A stretch of 64,000 nucleotides of DNA from NCBI GenBank assembly GCA_965112735.1, contig OZ218950.1, positions 5,952,001 to 6,016,000 on the forward strand, written 5' to 3'. The stretch comes from Phaeosaccion multiseriatum (lineage: Eukaryota; Protista; Ochrophyta, other classes). The position numbers and the translations under genes were made by a program. Numbering within the stretch: the first letter of the stretch is position 1; the number at the start of each line of letters is the position of its first letter. Below the pieces are notes generated by a model that worked only from the letters and a program-made list of their open reading frames with translations, made no database searches and was not told the origin of the DNA. Below, one piece after another: positions 23,502 to 35,200 of the stretch.

Positions 23502-24965
23502 TCATGCCATCTCCTCCGCCACCTCCTGCAGCACCTCAGGGCTAACCTCTCTCTGCGACACCTTCAGCCTCCCTTCCTTGCCAAAGAGGCGGTCAGTGCC
23601 CCGCATCAGGTCCAACGCGCTTTGTGACGCAAAGTGATGTCTATCCGCGGCCAGAAGGCACTCGACCGCGGCAACATTGTGGAGCCCTCGGTGTTTACTC
23701 AAAGCCTTTTCCAGTGAGGACCCTCCGGAGAGCAGCTCTAGTACCGCGCCGCTGTTGCCTCGTCGTGCCGCCATACTCAGAGGCGTCCATCCAGGACCCA
23801 AACTGCCCTCATTGTCAGGATTGGCTCCGGCAGACAGAAGATCACGAATAGCTCCCCTATGCCCCCCCCAAGCTGCCAGGGACAACGGTGTGTTACCATC
23901 TGCAGCCCGCGCCTCCACGTCAGCCCCTCCTAAGATGAGTTCCTCCGCGACACCAGCACGGCCATGTTGACATGCCAAGTGAAGGACTTCAAACCCATTG
24001 CCAGTCCTCGCACTGATCTCTGCACCAGCCCTGACAAGCTTTCGCACCACGCTTCTATGCCCTCCTACCACGGTTGCTGCCATTAAGGCAGTTTTTTTTT
24101 GCTCACCATTGGGCCTGTCGAGATCAGCGCCGGCTGTGATGAGCTGCTCCACTCCACCAACATGACCACTCGCGCTCGCAACACAAAGTGGGAAAAAACC
24201 ATTGCTTGTAGCGATGTTCGCATCAGCCCCGGAGGTGAGCAGCAGCCGCATCATCCTGTCGTCTCCTGCCTGTGCAGCGAGGTACAACGGGGTTAAGCCA
24301 TGGCAATTCCGACCATCCACATAGTTGGGGTTAGCCCCCCCTGAAAGCAGCTGCTGCACCACTGTATAATACCCTAGCTGGGACGCCACAAGCAAGGGTG
24401 TGCCACCATCCATCTTCGCCTTGTCGACTTGAGCACCAGCGGAAAGAAGCTGCTGCACCACTTTCTCTTTCCCACTCTGACATGCTATAATCAGAGCCGT
24501 ACTGCCAGCGCCAGCTCCTCTCGCCGCCAAGTCCACGCTGGCACCAGCAGATAGCAGCATTTGTACAATCGCCACGTGTCCTTCACCGGATGCCGTTGTA
24601 AGTGCCGTATATTGGTCCTCCGGGTTTAAATCGACGTCAGCCCCAGCAGACAGAAGCTGACGTACAGCAGCAGCATTCGGCAATCGCGCTGCCATTCCCA
24701 AGGGACACAAATGCAGGGAAGTAGCATTCGGCGACGCCCCCTCCTGCAGCAAAAACGCAATGATATCTCCCCTGCCGATATTGATAGCCACCACTAGGGC
24801 AAGGTCGCCTGCCTCGGTGAGGGGCTCGTCCAAGCATGTCTTTCTCCCTCCGTTCTTAGCGACGAGGGCCCTTACAGGCGCTTGAACCTTCTTCGCGCTC
24901 TGGCCAACTCTGATGCCTTCATACAGGCGGGTGGCCTGCCACAAGAAGAGGGGGACATATCTCAT
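23502..24965 (-). CDS. Ankyrin-repeat protein (roughly 11-12 repeats), apparently intronless
   Basis: 487-aa ORF with repeated G-T(P/A)L..A...G...VV..LL..GA.VD motifs. The true start could lie further upstream. Confidence 0.9.
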   Translation of the reverse strand: MRYVPLFLWQATRLYEGIRVGQSAKKVQAPVRALVAKNGGRKTCLDEPLTEAGDLALVVAINIGRGDIIAFLLQEGASPNATSLHLCPLGMAARLPNAAAVRQLLSAGADVDLNPEDQYTALTTASGEGHVAIVQMLLSAGASVDLAARGAGAGSTALIIACQSGKEKVVQQLLSAGAQVDKAKMDGGTPLLVASQLGYYTVVQQLLSGGANPNYVDGRNCHGLTPLYLAAQAGDDRMMRLLLTSGADANIATSNGFFPLCVASASGHVGGVEQLITAGADLDRPNGEQKKTALMAATVVGGHRSVVRKLVRAGAEISARTGNGFEVLHLACQHGRAGVAEELILGGADVEARAADGNTPLSLAAWGGHRGAIRDLLSAGANPDNEGSLGPGWTPLSMAARRGNSGAVLELLSGGSSLEKALSKHRGLHNVAAVECLLAADRHHFASQSALDLMRGTDRLFGKEGRLKVSQREVSPEVLQEVAEEMA

Positions 24966-25302
24966 TGAGAAGGCGGAGGGGGAAGGGGGGGCTGTGGAAA
25001 ACAGGCATGCGTTGTGGCTACGTCCTCCCTCCCCTCAGGATCTTACCTCGTTGCTGAAGGTCCTCTGCATGGCGAGGAGTAGAGCGAAGGGAAGGAGGGG
25101 AGGAGGGCTTTTGTAGGTGAAGAAGTATTAAAAAAAGACGGAATTTTTAGCAATCCATGTGTCCCCACCTAATCCCCTCCCTCCCCCTTTTCTTTTTTTC
25201 CAACCCTCTGGTGTACTGCGTGTAATCCATCTCATCTTCCCTGTCCGCAGTACGAAAGTACAGAGAGGTAGTGGCAGTATTGGACGCGAACGAACGTAGA
25301 GG

Positions 25303-27317
25303 ATGAGCAGCAGCAGGAGATCGAAGGATGCCACTGGGGTAAGAAGGGGGCTGCTGCCTCTGGTGGTTGGCCTGGTCATGCTAAGCTGCTGCAGAGGGTT
25401 CGTGCTCTGTCCCGTGGCTGCAGCCGTAGCGCCGGGCTCGTCAGGCAAAAGTAAATCCTGCCTCTCTTCGATGCCAAAGCAAGCCACCCTTGATGTGCGT
25501 TAAAAAATTTCCCACGGCCCCTCTGTGATTGCTTTGCTTTGCAAGTAGGGGGATTTTGGAGCTTCCACCTCCCATCCAGTCGCTGCTACTGCTGCTGATG
25601 CTGATGATGATGATGACGATGACACATGTTATCTTATCCCTCCCCCTTTGCCCTTCGCGACAGAGTGGCGTGAAGACAGGGACAGCGGGGTGGGCACAAA
25701 AAACCATCACAGTCACCGCCCCCTCAAGAGGGTGCCACCTCATCACGAGCGAGATCACCAGGTGCGTTCAGGCTCAGGAGAGAGTCGGCCATATATTGTC
25801 CTACAGTAGAAAGGGGAAAGGGAGGGTTTGGCCACACTTCCCAACGCAAACTGAGCACCGTGCGTCCTTCCAAAAGACACACATGAATGGTGGAGAGTTG
25901 GCCCATATCAGTGAGTCCGTCATCTGCGCTCTCCCCCCCTCTCTCTCTTTCTCATCATCGCAGGCAGTTTCCCGAGCTCAGCAACTTTTCCGTGGGCATG
26001 GCTAACATCTTCATCAAGCACACCAGTGCCTCACTCACTCTCAACGAAAACGCCGATCCCGATGTAAGCAGCGGACCAACATGGTCGTGGGCCTGCTGTC
26101 CCTCCCTCCCCCTCTCATCCGGCGGCTCTCTCTCTCTCCTCCCCACAAGGGCCACCTATCCCTCCAACGTTCCTCTATACCAGTACGTCGCGTTGGAGTC
26201 GTTTCAAAGGGGTCCATCCCGAATGTAAGCTTCAACCCACCCTTCACTAACCCCACACAACCCCCCTCCCCTTTTGTCTCCCTGTGCTTGGCTGCCATTG
26301 GCTCGTTGCACACTGAGGGCATTAGGTTCGGACAGACATGGAGGTGAGAACAGCAGGGCAGTGAGGGAATGCAGCAATCAAGCTCCCGCAGCGACGGTGA
26401 AATCCCTCTTGGATGGGGAGTGTTGTTTGCTTGTGTGGATGGCAAAGCTGTGGATGGCATTGCTCCTCGCCGAGCAAGGAAGACAATCATGTCATGTACC
26501 GTCTCTCTCCTTCTCCTCCTCCTCCTCCTCCTCCTCCTCCTCCTCCTGCTGCTCCTGGTCCTCCTCCTCCTCCTCCCGCTGCTCTTCCTCCTCAATCTCC
26601 TCCTCCCTCTCCTTCTCCTCGTCCTCCTCGTCTCCTCCTCCTGCTGCTGCTGCTCCTGCTCCTGGTCCTCCTCCTCCTCCTCCTCCTCCTCCTCCCACTG
26701 CTCTTCCTCCTCAATCTCCTCCTCCCTCTCCTTCTCCTCCTCCTCCTGCTGCTGCTGCTCCTGGTCCTCCTCCTCCTCCTCCTCCCGCTGCTCTCTTCCT
26801 CCTCCTTCTCGTCGTCGTCGTCCTCCTCCTCCTCCTCCTCCCCCTCCTCCTCCTGCCCCCCCTCCTCTGCAGGCGGCCTTGAATAAGATTGTCCCCGTTG
26901 AATGGCACTCGAACCTCTTCACACACACGCTAGAGGGCCCCGACGGTGAGTCAGAGCAAACCGCGGGCAGGGGCGGGGGGGGGGGTTGCCACTTATGCCA
27001 CACGGAAAGTATAGACTTGCCGCGGATGTCAATGGGTCAGTATGATGCACTCTCTCACTCCTATCCACCTCCCTCTCTCCCTCCCTCCTCCCTCCCTCTC
27101 TCTTGTTTCTGTGATCATCGATCTTCCAGATATGGTAAGAGGCACTGACTCCATTCGCGAAAAGGCACATGGCACACCGCCGCTACCGCTCCCTGCTTGC
27201 TCCCTGCATGCTCCTCTCCCTTGGGGGCTGTTGGAAGCAAGCAAGGCTGGCTGACTGGCTGACTGGCTGACTAGCTGACCGGAGACCGCGAGACTCTGTT
27301 TCCCAATCGAAGGACTG

Positions 27318-27364
<47 letters not shown>

Positions 27365-28692
27365 TCCGCAGGTCACGGGGTATTTGTTTCTCACGCTCCT
27401 TTGTCCTCCCGCCGCCCCGCGCCCCCCCTTGTACTTTGATTCTGTCTACCTACCCTGCCCTTCCTTGCTCTGTTTTGTTTGGGTTGGTCCAAACGTCTCC
27501 ACCACCCCCACTGAAGGCTGGGCATGTCAAGTCCTCGCTCTTGGGCTCCTCTGTCAACGTGCCCGTGTCCAATGGACGTCTGAACCTCGGCACTTGGCAA
27601 GGGGTCTACCTTTGGTGAGAGAGAGTGTGAGGGGGGGGGGGGAGTGAGATCGAGAGAGAGAGGGACAGAGAGAAGGGTAGAGGGACAGAGAGATGACACA
27701 GAAGGAAGGAGAGAGGGAGAGAGGAGAAAGAAAGAGAGGAGACAGAGAAGGAAGGAGAGAGGGAGAGAGGAGAAAGAAAGAGAGGAGACAGAGAAGGAAG
27801 GAGAGAGGGAGAGAGGAGAAAGAAAGAGAGGAGACAGAGAAGGAAGGAGAGAGGGAGAGAGGAGAAAGAAAGAGAGGAGACAGAGAAGGAAGGAGAGAGG
27901 GAGAGAGGAGAAAGAAAGAGAGGAGACAGAGAAGGAAGGAGAGAGGGAGAGAGGAGAAAGAAAGAGAGGAGACAGAAGGAAAGAGAGGGAGAGGGAGAGA
28001 GAAGAGTAGAGGGAGAGGGTGAGAGAAGAGTAGAGGGAGAGGGACAGAGAGGGGAGACAGAGAAGGAAGGAGAGAGGGAGAGAGGAGGGAGGGAGAGAGG
28101 AGACAGAGAAGGAAAGAGAGAGAGGGTGAGAGAAGAGTAGAGGGAGAGGGACAGAGAGAGGAGACAGAGAAGGAAGGAGAGAGGGAGAGAGGAGAGGGAC
28201 GGAGAGAGGAGAAAGAGAAGGAAGGAGAGAGGGAGAGAGGGGGGGGAGAGAGAGGAGACAGAGAAGGAAAGAGAGAGAGCGAGAGCGGGAGACGGGGGTG
28301 CAGGCGTATCTCTGGGGAGAGATGCACGCTCCCTTCCTTCCTTCCTTCCCTCCTTCCTTCCTTCCTTCCTTCCTTCCTCACTTCCTTCCTTCCGTCCTTC
28401 CTTCCTTCTCTTCTTCCCACGCTCCTTCTTTCTTCGTTCCTCCTTCCCCTTCTTTTCACTTCGTTCTTTTCCACCCCTTCCTTCCTCCCAGTGTTTCGTA
28501 GTGTACTAGTACTCCGACCGAACTGCCTCAATATCTTTATACAGTGCCCTCCTCCCAATACGTGCATACCCTTCTCATGCATACCCCTCTTGCCCTTGCC
28601 CCCCCCCCCCCAATAGTGAGCACAGGGACACAGGAGGGTACGGAGGTGGTCATGCTCGCAACATCGTCATCACTGTACAAGGTCTGGTCTAA
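25303..28692 (+). CDS. yjbQ: YjbQ/UPF0047 (secondary thiamine-phosphate synthase-like) protein with N-terminal signal/transit peptide, 8 exons
   Basis: Spliced product contains [63 protein letters not shown] and RNIVITVQG. It includes an 18-nt exon near 26326-26343 and a 5-nt exon at 27130-27134. Confidence 0.9.
27700..28270. repeat. GA-rich intronic minisatellite (~46 bp unit)
   Basis: Tandem GAGACAGAGAAGGAAGGAGAGAGGGAGAGAGGAGAAAGAAAGAGAG in the last yjbQ intron. Confidence 0.9.
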
Positions 28693-29742
28693 TCATCATG
28701 GCAAGGCCCAACCCCAGGCAAGGCCTGCCTGGTGTCAGGAGGCAGGACCCAGGGGGGAAGACCCAGGCGGGAGGACCCTGGGGGGAGGGGAACTCTGAGA
28801 CGAATGCAAAGTGGCGCCGTGGGGATAGATGGGGATACCAAATGTATTCCCCCAAGTTGTGCCCAAGTTGTGCCCAAGTTGGTGGGATGGGATAGAGGGC
28901 AGGCAGGAGGCGCGGAGGACGGGGCGGTGGTGAAGCCCCCCCCTTGCAGCTGGCGCCACATGTCCTCCCCTCACACCGTGCAAATCGAGGCCGCGAAGAG
29001 AGAGGGTCACCTCTGTACAGTGTAACTGTAAATAAAAAAGGAAGGAAAGAGTAGCAGGGGCAAGAGGGTAGCAAGAAGAAGCAGCAGGGCGTTTCGGGTC
29101 AAGTGCGGGCAAGGAAGGAACGCTTGCGCAGCAGAGGCTTTGGGCAACAATAACAAGGCTATTTCGTTATTCTTCTTGTGTTTGTCGATGTACGCCGTTC
29201 GTCCGGTCGTAACTGCAGACAAACGTTGGGCCATCCATACCCATGAGTAAACCTCCAAGGCCATCCATCCATCTCGATGAGTGAACCACCCTTGACTGAG
29301 TGGGCCATCCATCCAACTCCATGAGTGAACCTCCCTCCACCCTGTGAGTCTCTGACCATCGCAGCGCTGACGCTTCTTCTGATCCGCCTTGGCCCTCGTC
29401 GCGACGAGTGCCTGCTACGACACTGCCAGCCAGCCAGCCAGCCAGCCAAGTAGCCAAGTAGCCAGCCAGTCAGCCAGCCACCCGCCCAGTTCGTCTGATT
29501 GGATTAATGGTCCGCCAACCGAGCCTTCCTTGTCCACGCCGATCCCAAACAGCACAACCACACCATGTTGAGACGGTCTCTGTCCGTTAAGCAACCAAAG
29601 AATGCTTCACACTCCTCGCCCTCTTCTAATTGAATTTTAGTAATCAAAAATTAAGTTGTTCAGTCATTGTTATCGGAATTAACCACAGGGACGACACTGG
29701 TCAACGTTAACGTTCCTTTTCTTTCAGTCATTGTAAACGGAA

Positions 29743-30042
29743 CTACACAGGGACAACACTGAGCCCACGGAGGGCAACTGTGACGGAGTGTGGCGTCACC
29801 ACCACCCCTTCCTCTCCCCCTTGCCCTTGCCCTTCCCCTCCTCCTCCTCCTCCTCCTCCTCCTCCTCCTCCTCCTCCTCCTCCTCCTCCTCCTCCTCCTC
29901 CTTCCCGCCCCTCCCTCTTCGACGACAATGCTCCGACGACGGGGCAGGGTGTGGCCGTGGCGATGAGGCTCTTCTCGAACACGCCCGCGCGGACGGGCAT
30001 GAAGCGCACTGGCAGCCACACGTAGGCCTATCGAGGGTAAGG

Positions 30043-30121
<79 letters not shown>

Positions 30122-32226
30122 GAAAGAGGAGTAAGGCGGGCAGGCAAGGGTGTGTGCGTTGACAGACAAGGCTGGTGTCAGGACCATGGTGGGGAGAAGG
30201 ACAGGGGTTGGTTGTGCGTGAGTGAGTGGGTGTTAAGACAGAAAGTGGGTGGGTGTCAGGACAGAGGGAGGAAGGGTGTCAGGACAGAGGGTGCGTGGAT
30301 GTCAGGACGGAGGGTGGGTGGGTGTCAGGACAGAGAGTGGGTGGGTGTCAGGACAGAGAGTGGGTGGGTGTCAGGACAGATGGTGGGTGGGTGTCAGGAC
30401 AGAGGGTGGGTGGGTGTCAGGACAGAGGGTGGGTGGGTGTCAGGACAGAGGGTGGGTGGGTGTCAGGACAGAGAGTGGGTGGGTGTCAGGACAGAGGGTG
30501 GGTGGGTGTCAGGACAGAGGGTGGGTGGGTGTCAGGACAGAGGGTGGGTGGGTGTCAGGACAGAGGGTGGGTGGGTGTCAGGACAGAGGGTGGGTGGGTG
30601 TCAGGACGGAAGGAGAGGGGTGCGTACCTGAGCCCTCAACGTAAAGTGCTCATGGAGGACGATGAAGGGCAAGCCAGGGTCTTGAATGGTCACAGACACG
30701 GGAGAGTGAGACGCTGAGGGGCAGGGGGAAGTGAAGTTAGGAGGAGGAGGAGGAGGAGGAAGATGAGGAGGAGGAGGAGGAGGGAGCAGGGAGTGGAGGA
30801 GGAAGACGGGTGGGAGGGGGGGGGGGTATTGGTTGGTATGGGGGACGGGGAGGGAGGGACAACAGCGAGGGTTTTTAGGAAGCCCTCAAGTCATGCTCTT
30901 CTTGTGTACCTCAGGGACCGAACATGCTCCTCTCGCCAGGCTGCCTTCGCAACACTTCACTTGCACCCTTTGCGCACACTCTGAGGATCAACCCTCTCGG
31001 CAGCGCGAAACGCTCACTCCCTTCCCTCCACTGTGAGGCAGTCCCCCACCCACCACTCTCATTCACAGACTCAGTCACGACCGCACGCATTCATGGAATC
31101 ACCCTACTCACTCACTCACTCACTCACTCACTCACTCACTCACGATCGCACGCACGATCGCACGCACTCACTTACTCACTCACTCACTCACGCACTCACT
31201 CAATCACTCCACTCACTCCTCACTCCACTCACTCACTCACTCGGTCACGCACGCACGCACTCACTCTCACTCACTCACCCACTCACCCACTCACCCCACT
31301 CACTCACTCACTCACTCACTCACTCACCCACTCACCATTGCACAGCTGCACCTTGAGCAGCTGCATCTCTGCAACTCCCTTCCGCCCAAAGTCCAAAATG
31401 CCGCACTTAAAGTAGAGCCCCTCGCGGCGACGGATCAAAGAGGGAGGAGGTCCAGTGTCACGCTTGGTCAACGCACCCCATCCGTTCCCAGCAGCACCAG
31501 TTGGTGATACAGCAACACCACCCGCAGCGCCAGCAGCAGACACTACCCTCCCCCCTCCGCTCTCTCCTGCCTTGCTGCGTGCTTCTCTTTCCTCGAAGCG
31601 ATGCCTCTCTTTCTGCTGCTGCTCTCGCTGCTGCTCCTCCTGTCGCTGCTTTTGCTGCTGTGGCTGACGCTGCTGCTGCCGTTGCTGCTGCTCATGCTGT
31701 TGCTGCTGACGATGCAAGCGCCAATCGTCGCTATTCATTGACATGTTCACCTCCTCCACGACCTTCGGGTTGTCATACGAGTCGCGCACCGTGCCAAAGC
31801 TGCCCCCACCCCCTGCACCTGCCGCAGTTGGTGATACAGCCGTAGCGTTGCCAGTAGCAGCATTGCCTGGGCCAGGGGAGAGGATACTCACTCGCACCTC
31901 TCGACGCTCTCGCTTGGCAGAGAGAACCGCCACCCAGCAGCACACCGCACCCCCTTCTCCCTCCCCCCCGGGATGATGTCCTTGCCCCCCCTCGGGGTCT
32001 GCTTCCTCCTCCCCGGGGTCTCCTCCTTGCCCCGCTCGCCTCTTCCCCCTCACCTTCCTCCTCCTGCTCCTCAAACTCAGCCCTATTCGCACTTGGCCCA
32101 GGGGGGGCACAGTTCCTGCATCAATGCTCAGCCCGAGGAGCGCCGCTTGAGAGCACGACACTGTAAAGCTCAGCGCCTCTGTGGGGTGAGGGTTGGCGAC
32201 TATGAAGGAGGAGGAGGAGGAGGCCG

Positions 32227-32267
<41 letters not shown>

Positions 32268-35200
32268 ACCACACTGGCAGGGGAGACGCTCCAGCTCACC
32301 AACTTGCGCAGGAGGGGCGAGTCCGATGGCGGGGGTCGTTCGCCGCGGGGTCCTGACACCGACACAAGGTCAAAGCGATGGCAGTGGATGGTAATACACA
32401 GCGCACGCAGGGGGTGGGGTTAGCACCACGGTTCTTCCTTCGTTGAAGGCTCTACACTACGCAGGTGGGATGGCAGTCCATGGTAAACAAAACATGTCCT
32501 CACTTCACCTGCATGGGCATTCGAAGCCGCAGCAGTGGCAGTTGGTGATACAGGACTCGGGCTACTCGCAGACACGTTGTGGAGCGGCGTAGTCCGTCCA
32601 TCTGCTGCCATCTTGGAGGAGCGCGATTCTTGCTCACTGCCCGTGTGCTCCCTCAAGTGTTGGCGGCGCCTCCGTCGCTGCCGTAGCACCAACTTCTCCT
32701 CCTCTTTCTGCAGCTGCTCCAACTGCTCCTTCAGCCGCTGCTGGAGCTGCCGCTGCACACGCACATGCCGCCGTTGCTCACCACCCACGCCTCCCCACTC
32801 CTTCCCTTCTTCACTGTCGTCTTCCTCTCCTTGTGCTTCGTCTCCTTCTTCTCCTTGTTGGTTTTCTTCTTCTTCATTTTCTTCCCCGTCCTCTCCGTTC
32901 CCCTCCAATACTCGCCCCTCGGTGTGGTGCCTCTCGTTATGGTCGTGACCACCCTCCTCCTCCTTATCCTCCTCCTGGCCGGGAGAAGGCATGCGATGTA
33001 GTCTACGACGTTGACCCTCCTCCTCCACATGCTGCTCCTGCTGCTGCTGCTGCTTCGAACGCAGCGAGCCCTTGGGGAGTATCGCTCTACCGCACAACGT
33101 CAGATGATACACCTTGGGTCGGAAGCGTAGCTCCTCCTCCTCTATCTGCAGGCCGTACACGTCGCCAGTTGGAAACACGCGTACTTCCAACACGGCCTCG
33201 TATACGGGAGACTGAGGGGGGCGGCGGCGGTACCCATCCACCACATCGGCCCTTCTTCGTCTCGAGTCACTACGACGACGACGACTGCGTAGGGTGCCAT
33301 CGCCCCCCCCCTCCTCCCTCTCCTCCACGTTCCCCTCTTCCTCTTCCTCCCTCTCCTCCTCCTGCTGCTGCTGCAGTGGAAGAGTGCGCTGCGGCGGCCG
33401 GAAGCGTATGTAGACCGACTCCCTCTTGAGAGGTCCTAGCTCGAACCAGGGCTGCCCCACCACCTCGAAGCCCTCCACAACCGAGGGGGAGGAGGAGGAG
33501 AGGGGGTTGCTGTAGTATGTCATTGGGGACGAGATTCGATGTCAGGGTCAGAATCAGGGTCAGGGTCACGGTCACGGTCAGGGTAAGGGTCAGGGTCAGG
33601 GTCAGGTCTTGAAAGCAAAGGAGGAAGGTCCCTCCCATTTCCACCATACCCCCTACCTTCCACCGCTCCCCGCGCTTGTGCCCCCTCCCCCCGGGAAGAG
33701 CTCCAACTGCACCATACAGCGGTAGCCCTGCAAGTTCCTGGTACCAAGCATCTTGCTGCTCGCCCCCCCGGGGCTCAAGCCGCCCCACGACAGGGAGAGA
33801 GAAAAGGGGTCGACCTGCATTCGGTGGTGGGTGTGGAAGAAGCAGCAGGAAGAGGCGGAGGAAGGAGGAGTGGTCTGGTGTTAGTTTCAGAAGCAGCAGG
33901 AAGGGCAGAAGAAGGAAATGGGCTTGACATTGACAGTGTGTTGTCAGAGGCAGAAAGGAAAGAAAGGAAGGGCCCGGAGGGGGTTGCCACAAAGGTGTCA
34001 AGTGGGGTGGACGCACCTGCAGGCACGGAGGCTCCAGCGCCAGTCCCATCAGCGCCACACGCGTCTCTCTTTCTCTCTCCCCCCCTCTCTCTCTCCCTCG
34101 ACCCCCTCGGCCGTGCCTACCGCCGCTGCCGCCGCTGCCTCGCCCTCTTGCTGTGCTGGAAATACCGTCGTCGTCGTGATGATGTTCGTATTGGTGTTTG
34201 TGTTGGTGTTGGTGTTGGTGCTGTCGTAGTCGTGCGAAGCGCAGCACGAGTGTGGCTCCATGCATCCCTTGTTCCCGAGGGAGGAAGGCCACTCGGAAGG
34301 TCTGAGAAGCGAAGAGACAGCGAGAGGGATGGAGATAGAGATAGACAGAGGGGGAGAGAGAAAAGGTGCGTTTGTGTGGAATAGAGAGAGAGAGAGATGG
34401 AGTGAAAGCGCGCGCGTGAGGGGTTGCAGCCGCACGGGCGACAAGAGGCGCGTTCGAGGACAGAGTGGAAGCGGAGAGAAGGGTAGGAGACAAGCAAGGG
34501 TCGGTGGGAGGAAGGACGCGCCGCAGAATTGGGAAGGGGAGATCACATCTCAGCCCGGAACGCACGAACGCACGAACGCACCCGCTTGCCGCCGCCCTGC
34601 ACGGACATGGCGCCGCCGCCCCCGCCGCTGCTGCTACCGCCTCCTCCTCCTCCTCCTCCTCCTCCTCCTCCTCCTCCTCCTCCTCCTCCTCCTCCTCCTC
34701 CTCCTCCTCTTCCTCTCCCGCTCTCCAGTGAAAATGCCCCCTCCAGGCCGTGTTCGCTCCACACAGTCAAAGCACCCTCCTGTCCTCCTCCCCCCCCTCC
34801 TCCTTCTTCTCCTCCTCCCTTCTGATCCGTGATGGACAGCAGCACCTCACACAGATAAGGAAAGGGGTTCTCCGCCACAATCTCGCCGAGGGTTTCCATC
34901 CCGACATACGTCCCTATCTTCAGCACGGCTGCGGACGTGGACCTCTCTTCTGTTGAGCTCTCACTTCCTTCGTGCTTGTGGTCGCCGCTCTGCCCCCTAT
35001 CACTACGGCCGCTGCCGTACATTCTCTTCCCTCGCCTCCCTTCCCTACTCCTCTCTATCCCCACTGGCGCTGCCGCTGCCACTGAAGGAGCAGCGCCCAG
35101 GTGGACATAGGCACCACCACCACCACCACCACCACCACCACCACCACCACCACCATCATCATCATAATCATCATCATCATCCTCGTCGCCATCGCCACCG

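Noticed and set aside
30037-30121. (GGGTGA)n as an interstitial telomere
   Set aside because: Short, intronic, not a canonical TTAGGG/TTTAGGG repeat, and similar hexamer tracts occur elsewhere (33545-33605).
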